From positions 1 through 42,234 of the forward strand of contig JABSON010000003.1 of assembly GCA_013215915.1 (NCBI GenBank): DNA of 42,234 bases, read 5' to 3'. The stretch is from Campylobacteraceae bacterium. GTDB lineage: Bacteria; Campylobacterota; Campylobacteria; Campylobacterales; Arcobacteraceae. The position numbers and the translations under genes were made by a program. Below are positions 40,585 through 42,234 of this stretch, one piece after another; position 1 is the stretch's first letter; every line of letters starts with the position of its first letter. The notes under the pieces were generated by a model. The model made no database searches. It saw only the letters and a program-made list of their open reading frames with translations, and was not told the origin of the DNA.

Positions 40585-42234
40585 TGATAAATCTTGAAGT
40601 AAAAGAATTATTAGAAGATAGAACTAAGCTTTTAACTATAACTTATTTTAAATTACAAAAATTATTTGAAAAAAAGTATGGAAAAAATACTGTAGTTTTA
40701 ATGGAGATAGGAACGTTTTTTGAAGTATATGAAGTAAATAATGATTCCTTACAAATTGGTAAAGCTAAAGAAATTGCAGAACTTCTTAATATTCAATTAA
40801 CAAGAAAAAATAAATCTATTTTAGAAAACTCACAAGAAAATCCAATTATGGCAGGAGTTCCTGCAATTGCGTTTGATAAACATTTAGCCAGAATTATAGG
40901 TGAGCAAAAATATACTGTTGTCATTATTAGACAAAGAGGAACTCCCCCTAATGTAAATAGATACTTGGACACAGTTGTTTCTCCTGGAACAAATTTTGAT
41001 TTTATAATTGATCAAGATGAAAATAATATTACATCTTTATGTGTTGATATTAATAAAGGTATTTATTCTGTTGGATATTCTGCTATTGATGTTACAACTG
41101 GAAAGTGTTATTATAATGAAGTTCATGGAACTAGTGAAGATAAATATTATGCTTTAGATGAGTGTTTTAATTATATGAATATGCATAAAACAAATGAAGT
41201 AATATTGAGTTTTTGTGATAAAAGTATAAATCAAAAAGAAATTATTGAATACATAGAACTAAGCCTAAAAACTTTTCATATTTCATCTTTTAGACCTAAA
41301 ATTGTTTATCAAAATGAATTATTTAAAAATGTATTTAATATTGAATCTTTACTTACTTCAATAGAGCATCTTGATATGGAAAGAGTTCCTTTAAGTACTG
41401 AGTGTTTAGCTATATTAATTGATTTTGTGATATCTCATGATGATAAAATTATCCAAAAACTTTCAACACCTATTAAATTAGATGTCTCAAAATATATTTA
41501 CTTAGGTAATAACGCATTAGAGCAGTTAAATATAATTGAAAGTTCTCATAATCCTTCTTTAATTAAATTAATTAATAATACTTCAACTGCTATGGGAAAA
41601 AGACTATTAAAAGAGAGATTATCTCATCCTGTGAAAGATGAAAAAGAATTATTAAGAAGATATGCTTTATCTAAAGATTTATATGATTACCATGCACCAA
41701 TTGAGAGTGAATTAGCTAATATTTATGATATAGAAAGATTAACAAGAAGAATTAAATTAACAAGACTTCATCCTTTTGAATTAAATTATTTATATGATTC
41801 ACTTTTATCAATAAAAGAAGTTGTAAAGTTTATGGAAAATTATAAGTTTTTTAGCTCGCCTTGTACATCTGCTGAACTTGCTATTTTTATTGAATCAATT
41901 GAATCTACATTTGATTTAGAGATAAGTGGTAAGTTTATGCTTAAAGATATTGACCATAATATGGTTCATCATGGAATTAATTCACAAATTGATGAATTAA
42001 TGTCTGAGAATGAAAGATTAAAAGATAAACTTGAACTTATAAAAGATCATATTTTATCATTTATGAAAAGCAAAGATAAATCATTTGTAAGTATAAATAG
42101 ATTAGATAAAGAAGGATTTTTCTTAGGCCTTACAAAAAGTAGATTTAATTTAGTTAAAGATGAATTAATGAATTCACATCTAATTTTAGATGATGACTTA
42201 CTTTTATTTAAAGATTTTAAAATTAAAATCCAAA
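40584..42234 (+). CDS. mutS: MutS-family protein, MutS7-like (3' end runs off the window)
   Basis: Manual translation MINLEVKELL...VVLMEIGTFFEVY...LTRKNK...MAGVP...VSPGT...TSTAMGKRLLKERLSHP...YDIERL; reads in frame at the window end. Not in the ORF track. Confidence 0.88.
   Translation, partial: MINLEVKELLEDRTKLLTITYFKLQKLFEKKYGKNTVVLMEIGTFFEVYEVNNDSLQIGKAKEIAELLNIQLTRKNKSILENSQENPIMAGVPAIAFDKHLARIIGEQKYTVVIIRQRGTPPNVNRYLDTVVSPGTNFDFIIDQDENNITSLCVDINKGIYSVGYSAIDVTTGKCYYNEVHGTSEDKYYALDECFNYMNMHKTNEVILSFCDKSINQKEIIEYIELSLKTFHISSFRPKIVYQNELFKNVFNIESLLTSIEHLDMERVPLSTECLAILIDFVISHDDKIIQKLSTPIKLDVSKYIYLGNNALEQLNIIESSHNPSLIKLINNTSTAMGKRLLKERLSHPVKDEKELLRRYALSKDLYDYHAPIESELANIYDIERLTRRIKLTRLHPFELNYLYDSLLSIKEVVKFMENYKFFSSPCTSAELAIFIESIESTFDLEISGKFMLKDIDHNMVHHGINSQIDELMSENERLKDKLELIKDHILSFMKSKDKSFVSINRLDKEGFFLGLTKSRFNLVKDELMNSHLILDDDLLLFKDFKIKIQ

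Overview
AT-rich bacterial chromosomal segment. Gene content and order (prmA-ftsH-psd-like, accD-thiE-rlmH-dksA, panD-ybaB-ispA-groESL, a MutS7-like gene) suggest Campylobacterota, probably Arcobacteraceae; this taxonomy is inferred. The left ~6.6 kb looks accessory: a secreted EF-hand gene with atypical codon usage that the ORF track missed, a PepSY-TM gene with a broken start, a lipoprotein with a Fur-like box, a copZ-arsR-copA operon with a visible operator, and tdk. The rest is mostly housekeeping. The most interesting signals are small or non-coding: a Leu-rich leader peptide before leuA, a stand-alone minus-strand small transcript (promoter, GGAGG SD, 7-aa ORF, terminator) next to a Sel1-repeat pseudogene, a 4 x 13-bp GGA repeat with a uORF in the metK leader, and CIRCE plus HAIR-like operators at groESL. 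No rRNA, tRNA, CRISPR array or transposase was seen.
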